A DNA stretch of 63,990 bases, filler included, from Stramenopiles sp. TOSAG23-2 (lineage: Eukaryota), in the NCBI GenBank assembly GCA_900128395.1. It is 6 parts of 6 records of this genome, joined end to end, with 100 filler letters (N's around TTAATTAATTAA, not from the genome) between each part and the next. Parts side by side here need not be neighbours in the genome. Positions count along the whole stretch, not along the records: positions 42,863 to 53,441 come from LT650006.1; positions 53,542 to 63,990 come from LT650015.1; 4 more parts are not named here. One strand, written 5' to 3'. Shown in pieces: positions 47,601 through 56,139 of the stretch (position 1 is its first letter; every line of letters starts with the position of its first letter). The translations under genes were made by a program, and so were the position numbers. The notes under the pieces are model-generated. The model made no database searches and was not told the DNA's origin. It saw nothing but the letters and a program-made list of their open reading frames with translations.

Positions 47601-49108
47601 AAACGAAGAAAGATTCCCGCAATCGTAGGAAAAATGCTAGAAATCTACATACCAACGGAAGGCACGCGACAATACGTAATAGTAGTAACAATAAACATTG
47701 TAAACAAGGCAATGCAAAAAAAAAGAAATGCAGCGATAATGGTAAAAAGGGTAATAATAATACTAATAATAACAACAACAGTAACAGCAATAGTAGTAGC
47801 AGCAGCAGTATTGAAAAATTAAATGTGGATGATACCAGTAGTAATGACGGACTGGATGATGATAGCAATGGTAATAAGAACAATTCTAACACATTGGGCG
47901 TAAAAAAAGTTTTTGGAAATAGTGGTAAAATAATTTATCCATCTGAAAAGCAACGTTTCGATAATAAGAGAAGTGATAGTAATAATACATATAATAATGA
48001 CGAGAAAAAAAATGCGGATAAATCTAAAATTATGTATGCATCTTCGAATAAACAAGATAACAAAGAATTGATGGTGAAAAAACGCGATATACAAATGCAA
48101 GTACCAGGTGATACGGGTATGAACTTTGTAGTTCCTCCATATAAACCGTTGAAATTAAAGCGATCGTCGAATTTTGGCAACATTTTGCATAATTTGCGTA
48201 CATCGACTAGACGTACATCATCCGCACCAAACAATAGCCATAATGATGATGCAAGTGGTAAAAACATAGCAATCGAAGGAATGCTAATTTCAGATGGTGA
48301 AATGAGTACTCATCAAGTGTATAATGAAGCTTATAATGGCACGGTTAATAAAGAGAAAAATTTAATACCTTTGCGCATGCCACAAATTGGTTTTGTACAA
48401 GAAAAAACACCTACAAACATGTTGATGGTCGATAATAATAATGATAACAAGAACAATGGTGCCGGAACCGATGCTAATAATTTAGGAAATATGAATATGC
48501 ATGATCAGGATGTAGCCAAAGTAGCTAGGCAACCAGCTATAAGGACGAAGATAAAACGTTCAAGGCGTGCAAGACGTCGCGGGAATAACAAACAGCGGGT
48601 TAATTCAAAGCGCCGAAGTGGGGGGTCAAGTGGTAGAAGTAAAAATAATCCAAGAACAACGGCACAAGATATTAAACGTATGCTCAAATCAAAGTTACAA
48701 AGTGGTCGCAAAAATAAGAGAAAAAATAGCAGCAAGCACAGTAGTGGTGGTTTGAATAACAATAATTTGCGTTTTAATAATAACAATCGACATCAACGTA
48801 ATCATCATACTTCTGGGTCTATGAATGGCAATGGAGGTGGTGGCGACGATGCAATCTTTTTGCCATCAGTTGGACATGCCGTTAGCCATGCAAACCCAAG
48901 AAAATTTATGAATCATAATCATAATATCGGTGGTGGTGGTGAATTGACACCATTATCTCCTAATCGCGCCTCACAAAAAAATAAACCTTCCTCCAATCGA
49001 GTACGTGGATTCATTTTTGATAGTAAAGGTACACGAGGAAGAGTATATCGTAATTACAATGATTTGCCTAATTTCAGCCCAGTTCGATCTCGTCCTGCAT
49101 TTACATGA
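44621..49108 (+). CDS. Cytosolic carboxypeptidase (M14D, CCP/AGBL tubulin deglutamylase family)
   Basis: FDSRFECGNL, QWWYF, PYTY, ARVHPGETPASW, PMLNPDGV, GNNRC, DLNRQW, DIHAHS, SYTVE. Confidence 0.95.
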   Translation: MEGEIIDTLEKEEEQQEVVELPGVTALKILGKTNHSSIYANNGKVADENDSNIKTRKNMDNNVNNKYMLDALLNAVGISDDVINKQNEDDMKAKKKEDANNSKPPIFPPNTFNSLLPIPTANDNIATMNNEYVLLNNKHISLNNESNDDEGSDACSDWGEDTNVNSTAMKIFDSDSNTANGNNNNNNNNNKGTAIRSDNNNNNNNDKDSEVITIGVTPRQKKETNTSIANEEKTMDRDINTNEEKVDVNNNNDRGANDKNNSSNDNNKLNNLLQALQQLPGIASPDEARNWGPVPWGRFSNNNMKIKKTAPAWSFPLLQTPLSSPEPIRTNLLNPSIIASREAVRRRAIIFSPLNVDPRNNKNNEALRKYPRVAYDWREAQESTTNAVSAAPKSPKSKNGNYSNLKFDSRFECGNLLRAVQIAPYEYDLFVRADVNTKSYMQWWYFAVKNTHTPNWKDLAVQKANRRKEQAWGGVNSSGVNIGNINRGSSREPTSLGVNPSGSVTIKFNIVNLCKPDSMYNKGMQPILYSCFEAENAGIGWRRAGSDICYFGNQYARVDSKGNHYTLTFKITFQNPNDTVLLAHSPPYTYTDNLRHMKELTKNRGKCIRRSVLCKTLAERQCDLLTITDFEEPEDPKRRRRAIVMTARVHPGETPASWIMKGFLDFVTGTSAAAKLLRTMFVFKVVPMLNPDGVFYGNNRCNLSGVDLNRQWAYPSPLRHPTIYHTKNMIRELRTIRPVVLYLDIHAHSRKNNIFMYGVEDKNRPTPSRRIVPLLMSKGLFSHKYFSYRDCHFKVTPGRESTARVVVARELHVANSYTVESTYCGSNQGPLAGKQFNVGHWELFGMGMADTMLQMYHTDGDKRSHVQKCLALLQASLYHRSSGSSNTRRQQREDEAAEKALALILENNPGTNGENVESLIIDKASNDFNFQNLKGMGDKLGLGVGKVTTMTPQRRSSDSFLYTTFQEQKFIQAAEFEDFEIYQEVFSPNVPKEETKKDSRNRRKNARNLHTNGRHATIRNSSNNKHCKQGNAKKKKCSDNGKKGNNNTNNNNNSNSNSSSSSSIEKLNVDDTSSNDGLDDDSNGNKNNSNTLGVKKVFGNSGKIIYPSEKQRFDNKRSDSNNTYNNDEKKNADKSKIMYASSNKQDNKELMVKKRDIQMQVPGDTGMNFVVPPYKPLKLKRSSNFGNILHNLRTSTRRTSSAPNNSHNDDASGKNIAIEGMLISDGEMSTHQVYNEAYNGTVNKEKNLIPLRMPQIGFVQEKTPTNMLMVDNNNDNKNNGAGTDANNLGNMNMHDQDVAKVARQPAIRTKIKRSRRARRRGNNKQRVNSKRRSGGSSGRSKNNPRTTAQDIKRMLKSKLQSGRKNKRKNSSKHSSGGLNNNNLRFNNNNRHQRNHHTSGSMNGNGGGGDDAIFLPSVGHAVSHANPRKFMNHNHNIGGGGELTPLSPNRASQKNKPSSNRVRGFIFDSKGTRGRVYRNYNDLPNFSPVRSRPAFT

Positions 49109-50078
49109 AATAATGATATATTGGTATGTGTATAAATATAATGTTACGTGATGAAGCGTTGTATATATATGAAGAGGTACATGTATATATATGTATATAT
49201 ATATATATATATATATTGCCGTCCTGCATTTACATGAAATAATGATATATTGGTATGTGTATAAATATAATGTTACGTGATGAAGCGTTGTATATATATG
49301 AAGAGGTACATGTATATATATGTATATATATATATATATATATATTGTATGCTGTCGAATAATGGGACTTCAAAGCACTATTACATTAACAGATATATAT
49401 GGCTTAAAAAGCTTTAACTGTATTCAGTCTTGACGATGTATTATTAGTTCGTGTGATAAAAACTTATGTATTTTGTGTGTAAAGTTTCTCCTTCAGTATA
49501 GTGCTATACAGGGGGATACTTGAAGTAATTACTGTACCCTATTAAAAATTACAGCTAGTGAGTTATCCTACATGTACTTTAACTTTAACTTAGGTAAGGA
49601 ATACTGCAACTATGCTTAAACCCTTAAAACCTAATGAAAATCAGAAAATTCTATGTCTTACGTGAAAAATGAATGGAAAAAAATAAAAATAAAAGATACT
49701 ATTAGATCGAGTTAATATAATATTACGAGGTATTATACATACATATTCATCATAGATATCATTATTATACATATTAGTACATTAATTTTCATTTTGATAA
49801 ATATTTAATAACTAACATATAGGATACCAAGAAATATAGTGCGTACGTACGTACATACATATATATATATATACGTGTAATAATAATAATTTAAATATAT
49901 AGCATACAACATGTCAGATTTTCCATATCAAACTCAATATTTGACTGTAGTTGTTGTTGGTGCATCAGGTGACTTAGCAAAGAAAAAAACATATCCGTCT
50001 TTGTTTCAACTTTATTGCCAAAAGTATTTACCATATATATACGTGTAATAATAATAATTTAAATATATAGCATACAAC

Positions 50079-51572
50079 ATGTCAGATTTTCCATATCAAA
50101 CTCAATATTTGACTGTAGTTGTTGTTGGTGCATCAGGTGACTTAGCAAAGAAAAAAACATATCCGTCTTTGTTTCAACTTTATTGCCAAAAGTATTTACC
50201 GGCATCCACTTCATTTAGTGTAGTTGGTTATGCAAGGAGTGAATATACGGATGAAAGTTTTCGAGAGAAAATGCGTGAGGCTATTACCGGGAAAGGGGTT
50301 GATGCTAAAATTGATGATTTTTTAAAGAATTGTCGATATCAACGCGGTACAGCTTACAATGATGTTGATGCGTGGAAACAATTACATCAAGACCAAGTAA
50401 AAATCGAAGGTGGGGGTGTTGCAAATCGTTTATTTTATTTTGCGATCCCTCCCGAACAATTTGCGCCAAGTGCACAAGCTATTACGGAAGCAGCACAGAC
50501 TAGCACAGGATGGAATCGTTTCATCGTGGAAAAACCATTTGGTATAGATCTAGAAAGTTCAAATCAATTAGCCGAAGATTTAGCAGCAGTATTGGAAGAA
50601 GAGCAAATATATCGTATTGATCATTATTTAGGCAAGGAGATGGTCCAAAATCTAATGGTACTACGCTTTGCAAATATTTTCCTTGCACCTTTGTGGAATC
50701 GTGATTACATCAAGTCTGTTACCATTTTATTCAAAGAAGATATTGGTTGTGAAGGGCGTGGTGGATATTTTGATCCAGCTGGAATCATACGAGATGTACA
50801 GCAAAACCATTTATTGCAAATTTTATCCATCGTTGCCATGGAACCACCAGTAAAAGTAACAGGTCCAGGAGCAGGTGAATTTATACGTGATGAAAAAGTA
50901 AAATTATTGAAATGTATACCTGAATTGACGGTTGATAATGTTATTCTTGGCCAGTTTGTTGCTGGTAATGGAGAGCCAGGTTACTTGGATGATGAAACAT
51001 GTAACAATGAATATTGTCCAACATATGCACTGACCAAATTCCAAATTAACAATGCACGATGGGCTGGCGTGCCATTTATAATGGCAAGTGGCAAAGCATT
51101 GGATGAACGTAAAGGTGAAGTGAGAATTCAATTTAAAAATCCACCTGGAGTTGAAACCATGTTTGATGATGGCCAAGGAAATGGCGAACGTAACGAATTA
51201 ATAATTAGGATACAGCCTGGGGAAGCGGTAACAATGAATTTAAATATGAAAACACCTGGTTTTACAAACGCACCAGTAGTCAGTAATATGGATTTATTGT
51301 ATGATAATAAATTTCCAACCTTATCGAAAGAAATACCAGATGCATATACAAGATTGATTTTAGATGTATTGAGGGATAATAGTTCAGCATTTGTACGGGA
51401 TGATGAATTAGAGGCTGCATGGACCATTTTTACGCCATTGTTACATGCATTAGAAAGTGATAGTCATAAACGTTTGCCAATTAAGTACCCATTTGGAAGT
51501 ACCGGACCAAAAGAAGCAATGGATTATTTAAATACATTGTATAGTTCACCTGAAACAATGGCGAGATTGTAA
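50079..51572 (+). CDS. G6PD: Glucose-6-phosphate 1-dehydrogenase
   Basis: [43 protein letters not shown]. Confidence 0.98.
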   Translation: MSDFPYQTQYLTVVVVGASGDLAKKKTYPSLFQLYCQKYLPASTSFSVVGYARSEYTDESFREKMREAITGKGVDAKIDDFLKNCRYQRGTAYNDVDAWKQLHQDQVKIEGGGVANRLFYFAIPPEQFAPSAQAITEAAQTSTGWNRFIVEKPFGIDLESSNQLAEDLAAVLEEEQIYRIDHYLGKEMVQNLMVLRFANIFLAPLWNRDYIKSVTILFKEDIGCEGRGGYFDPAGIIRDVQQNHLLQILSIVAMEPPVKVTGPGAGEFIRDEKVKLLKCIPELTVDNVILGQFVAGNGEPGYLDDETCNNEYCPTYALTKFQINNARWAGVPFIMASGKALDERKGEVRIQFKNPPGVETMFDDGQGNGERNELIIRIQPGEAVTMNLNMKTPGFTNAPVVSNMDLLYDNKFPTLSKEIPDAYTRLILDVLRDNSSAFVRDDELEAAWTIFTPLLHALESDSHKRLPIKYPFGSTGPKEAMDYLNTLYSSPETMARL

Positions 51573-52323
51573 ATTATGTTATATCGTATCTCAGGCTACC
51601 GGACCAAAAGAAGCAATGGATTATTTAAATAAATTGTATAGTTCACCTGAAACAATGGCGAGATTGTAAATTATGTTATATCGTATCTCAGGCATGTTTA
51701 TAAAAAATTCTCTTAATTTATAAAATTTAAAGATTTTATTTTACTCATAAAGTATATAATATATATATATGTAAACACTAACAATAATTGATAGTAATAA
51801 TCTGTTATATATATACATCATCATATATACGGAGTATATATAGCTAGTTGTCTAATTTTAATAAACACAACACAAAAATATATGCGTGTCGTGATTTTTT
51901 GAACGACAACAATGCTCGAAATTATAGTATGATAATTAATGATAATAGTGTGATAGTAATAGTAAAATATTATAATATGACTAGTCTGCGTCGTCAGACT
52001 CTTTCTCGTGTAATATTATTCAAATATTTGGTTTATTAAAAGATATGGCGCTGTTTGCCTGGTTTGTGTATATTTTCTTTTCAAAAAACATAGCAGCTTT
52101 TTAATATAAATAATATGAAAGTAGGAATTGTCATGGGTATGCCATATCATTAGAAATAAAATGATGGTTAAAATTTAAGTTGTATCATAATAATTTTACT
52201 TCCCATGGTAAATGATACTGATGCTCAATTACTCAATCTCAAAAATAATATTCTATCCTACGATAGTGAAGCTCTAACACACGTCTGCAAACTAATACTC
52301 CACAAGCACGCGAATAGTGGTTT

Positions 52324-52571
52324 CCATCCTTCCCTGCGCACTCGTTGAACGCGCTGGACGTCGGGTTCATTCAAAAACGGCGAGGAATAAAAAATAAAAA
52401 AATACGCGTATACTAAATTAGTGGGTGTCCTTTTTAAATACACGCTCCATCCTTCCCTGCGCACTCGTTGAACGCGCTGGACGTCGGGTTCATTCAAAAA
52501 CGGCGAGGAATAAAAAATAAAAAAATACGCGTATACTAAATTAGTGGGTGTCCTTTTTAAATACACGCTCC
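52324..52571. repeat. ~125-bp GC-richer tandem duplication
   Basis: CCATCCTTCCCTGCGCACTCG...AAATACACGCTC occurs twice, differing only in an A run. Confidence 0.85.
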
Positions 52572-52737
52572 TCCGAATTATTATTCCGTCGTATTGTATT
52601 GTGTGTGTGGGTACTTTTTTAATTTACATGGTCTCACATGTGCGCATAGACATAAAGTCTCCTATTTTTTTTGTCACACATATGTACAAACATGTCCACT
52701 TTTTTTTGGAACTCCTCTCTGCATTACATCATATTCA

Positions 52738-53160
52738 TCAAGGTATTAATTTTGATGATTTTTGTAAAGTGATAGCCTGGACCTCCAGGTCATTATTTAT
52801 TGTTGATTGTATTGGATTTAATTTTATTTTCTTCATCGTGATTGTTGAATTGGTAGATTGTTGCTTTCGTTTATTATTGTTATTATTAATGATATACAAT
52901 AATGATTTGTCTTCACTGCATTTAATTCGCTTTGGAAAATGGTTTTCATTATAATCAAGTTTAATAGTGTTTTTGTTTTTCATTTGGTTTACATAGTTGG
53001 TATTATTATCTTCTGAATTCAATATTGGTCGAAAAGTTGGAAAGAACATTTTATGTGCCTTGGTTGTATTTCTTTTTCCTTTTGTTTGATCATCTTTCCT
53101 TTTTATCATCGTGCGGTATATAATACTTCCATTTTCAACATCAAATGTTACCATTGACAT
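52738..53160 (-). CDS. Hypothetical basic protein
   Basis: 140-aa ATG ORF, no recognised motif. Confidence 0.35.
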   Translation of the reverse strand: MSMVTFDVENGSIIYRTMIKRKDDQTKGKRNTTKAHKMFFPTFRPILNSEDNNTNYVNQMKNKNTIKLDYNENHFPKRIKCSEDKSLLYIINNNNNKRKQQSTNSTITMKKIKLNPIQSTINNDLEVQAITLQKSSKLIP

Positions 53161-53441
53161 GTTATCGTGTATACAATTAATACATATATATGTATGTATA
53201 TGTTGATTATATCAAAGGTATTGTATAAATGATACAACTTATGCAATTCAAAAAGTCACGGCAATTTTTTTAATAAATTTGATGTCTTTTTTAAAAAAAA
53301 ATTATGAAATGATAAGAAAAAGATAGCAAAATAACTATAACAACTCTAATTAGTTCAATATGTAAATGTATGATACAACACGTTATCCGATTATTTAATT
53401 GAATTGCATATAATAAACGTTGTTTTTCTTTTCCATATATA

Positions 53442-53541
53442 NNNNNNNNNNNNNNNNNNNNNNNNNNNNNNNNNNNNNNNNNNNNTTAATTAATTAANNN
53501 NNNNNNNNNNNNNNNNNNNNNNNNNNNNNNNNNNNNNNNNN
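53442..53541. other. Artificial contig spacer
   Basis: N run with TTAATTAATTAA. Confidence 0.99.
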
Positions 53542-54364
53542 AAAAGACTACTATACTTGATAGGGTTTGCAGCCAATACAGGCAATAGCTCCATCTTGCA
53601 CACCTTTTAAGAAGATTTGAACCAACATTTGTTATTTTTTATATAGAATAATATAATAAACAAAAGATATATTGAATATTGAACATATACCTGTTACTAC
53701 AAAGATCAAAGTAATCAAAGAAAGAAGTAAAGTATAGCTGTTTACATCGTTTGGATTCGTTACATTTGTATTTATCACTTTATTCATTACTTTATTAAAT
53801 ATATACAATGAAGTGTAACGATAGTCCAATGAAAGATCAATTGGATTCAAGTGGTAGTCACTCTCCAGCACAAGACTTCATCAACCTTTGGCAAAGTGGC
53901 GCTTGTGATGAAGCAGCACACTCTTTTTTTTCTTTTTTGTTTTCGTCATGTTGGTTTGCACGTTTGCACGTCACGGTTTGCTGGTTTGCACGTTTGTGAA
54001 GAAATTTTTGTATGATGATAAATTTTTTAGCCTGGCCGAGTTTTTTTTAAGGTACAACAAAAAAAAAAGCACCACACAGGTACCAGCCCGGCCAGGTATT
54101 AATACCTCGTAAAGGTGCAAAAATCTTAAAAAAACAAAAAAGATTTATACTTACACTGGTATAAATGCAAATTGATGAAGAAAAACAACAACAACAATTA
54201 TTATTTCATTATTTATTATTATTTTTGAAAATACATATGGGAATAAATAGTAATGTATAACATATTGGAACCTTCTATTGTATATTATTATTATTATATA
54301 TAGTAACATATTGGAATCTGCCATTGTACAATATTATTGTAATTATTGTATACATATAAATAAG

Positions 54365-55984
54365 ATGAATTACAAAATTATTGTTGTCTATTTATTACTA
54401 TTATTGATAAGCGTAACATTTGCAAATGGAAATCAACAGAAAAAAAAACCAACGAATTTTTTAATATTATTAGCAGATGATCTTGGTTATGGTGATTTAT
54501 CTGCATATGGTCATCCAACTAGTGAAACGGATAATTTAGATCGTTTAGCATCTGAAGGTATGAAGTTTACACAGTTTTACAGTGCATCTCCAGTATGTAG
54601 TCCCTCACGTGCAGCAGTTGTTACCGGTAGACTGCCAGCAAGAAATGGTGTTTATTGCAAAAATAACACGGAACCTTGTACTGACCCTACTCAATCAGAT
54701 TGTTGTAATGGTGTTTTTGTACCTGGATTTCCTGGCGGCTTGCCAAAAAGTGAAGTCACTTTTGCACGTGCTTTAAAAGATAACAAATGGAATGGTGTTA
54801 CTGGCCTTATTGGAAAGTGGCATTTGGGTATGGATGAATACATGCCAACAAAACATGGCTTTGATTATTATTATGGCGTTCCACATGGTCTAGGGGCATG
54901 CCCATGTTCCTATTGTTTTGCTGGTGATCAAACGTGTTCAATTAAATGTTCTCCCACTTTTGCTCCATGTCCAGTTTTTGAAAATGAAAAGATTGTTCAA
55001 CAACCAGCTAATTTATTAACATTAGCATCTCAATATGTAGGAAAAGCAAATGAATTTATGTCAAACGCTGTCAACAATGGACAACCATTTCTTTTGCATT
55101 ATTGTTCGCATCACACTCACTCTCCCCAGTTTGCTGGAGTTGATACAACAAATAAAACTCGTCGTGGTCGTTTTGGAGATAGTTTAGCAGAATTTGATCA
55201 TTCAGTTGGTGAAATGATTGCAATGTTAAAAAAGTTAGACGTTTTGGATAATACACTCATCTGGATGTCATCTGATAATGGTCCCTCATTGAGAAATGAA
55301 ATTAGAGGAGGCAATGCTGGTTTATTAAGATGTGGAAAAGGAACAACGTATGAAGGTGGAATGCGAGTGCCAGGGATTATAAGATGGCCTGCAGGTGGTA
55401 TTGAATCTGGATCAATATGTAGAGAAGTTGTATCAACGTTAGATATTTTCCCAACGATTCTAAACATTGCTAATGATGATATTAATAAGAATAATAAGAA
55501 TATGCCATCAACATTATCATCTGCAATATTAGATGGCTTTGATATTTCCACCATGTTACATTCATCTTGTAATAGCGGCCCTGGTTTCCGTAATGGAAAG
55601 TTGATATATTATCCACAATTTGCAAGAAAAGATCGTGGATTGTTTGCTGTACGATCTGGAAGCACTAAAGTTCATTTTCATACGCGTGGATCTTTGCAAA
55701 GTGGACCACAAAATCCAGACATCACTTGTCGACCAACTGCAAATTTTAGTACACCAAATCCACCATTGAGCTATGATTTAGATTTGGATCCTTCGGAATG
55801 GTATGAATTAACCGGCGAAGCAGCGGAAGGTGCAATAGAAAAAGGTAAAGACGATATGAAGAAGCATTTAGAAAGAATGAATTGGTATCCATATCCTATG
55901 TTAAATAACGGATCGTTTAATCCAGCATTATGGCCTTGTGCAAAACCTGGTTGTACACCATTTCCAAGTTGTTGTGTGACATAA
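54365..55984 (+). CDS. ARSA: Arylsulfatase A-like formylglycine-dependent sulfatase, secreted or lysosomal
   Basis: Signal peptide; LADDLGYGD, CSPSRAAVVTGR, GKWHLG, SDNG, GKGTTYEGGMR; ARSA-like C-terminus PCAKPGCTPFPSCC. Confidence 0.92.
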   Translation: MNYKIIVVYLLLLLISVTFANGNQQKKKPTNFLILLADDLGYGDLSAYGHPTSETDNLDRLASEGMKFTQFYSASPVCSPSRAAVVTGRLPARNGVYCKNNTEPCTDPTQSDCCNGVFVPGFPGGLPKSEVTFARALKDNKWNGVTGLIGKWHLGMDEYMPTKHGFDYYYGVPHGLGACPCSYCFAGDQTCSIKCSPTFAPCPVFENEKIVQQPANLLTLASQYVGKANEFMSNAVNNGQPFLLHYCSHHTHSPQFAGVDTTNKTRRGRFGDSLAEFDHSVGEMIAMLKKLDVLDNTLIWMSSDNGPSLRNEIRGGNAGLLRCGKGTTYEGGMRVPGIIRWPAGGIESGSICREVVSTLDIFPTILNIANDDINKNNKNMPSTLSSAILDGFDISTMLHSSCNSGPGFRNGKLIYYPQFARKDRGLFAVRSGSTKVHFHTRGSLQSGPQNPDITCRPTANFSTPNPPLSYDLDLDPSEWYELTGEAAEGAIEKGKDDMKKHLERMNWYPYPMLNNGSFNPALWPCAKPGCTPFPSCCVT

Positions 55985-56139
55985 AGAGAGAGAGAGAAGA
56001 GTAAAAAATATTTCGTGTTTCTTAAATAATGTGTATATGCGGAATAAAAAATACGAAAGCGTAATATAATTCTCTGGTATGATACGACTTCGTACATCTC
56101 ACATTTATTTTCATACACACTACACCTCTTCTCTCTCAC

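Noticed and set aside
37131-49108. Apparent microtubule gene cluster (EB1, TBCA, CCP, plus KIF9)
   Set aside because: CCP and KIF9 are on different contigs; only EB1 and TBCA are linked, which is compatible with chance
49911-50048. Separate short G6PD-like gene or uORF
   Set aside because: Exact duplicate of the G6PD 5' end; probably an artefact
52258-52571. Possible structured ncRNA or repeat-coded ORF
   Set aside because: No tRNA, snRNA or snoRNA hallmarks recognisable; the ORF arises from the duplication
10634-53541. Recurring TTAATTAATTAA palindrome inside N runs
   Set aside because: Artificial six-frame-stop linker between size-sorted contigs
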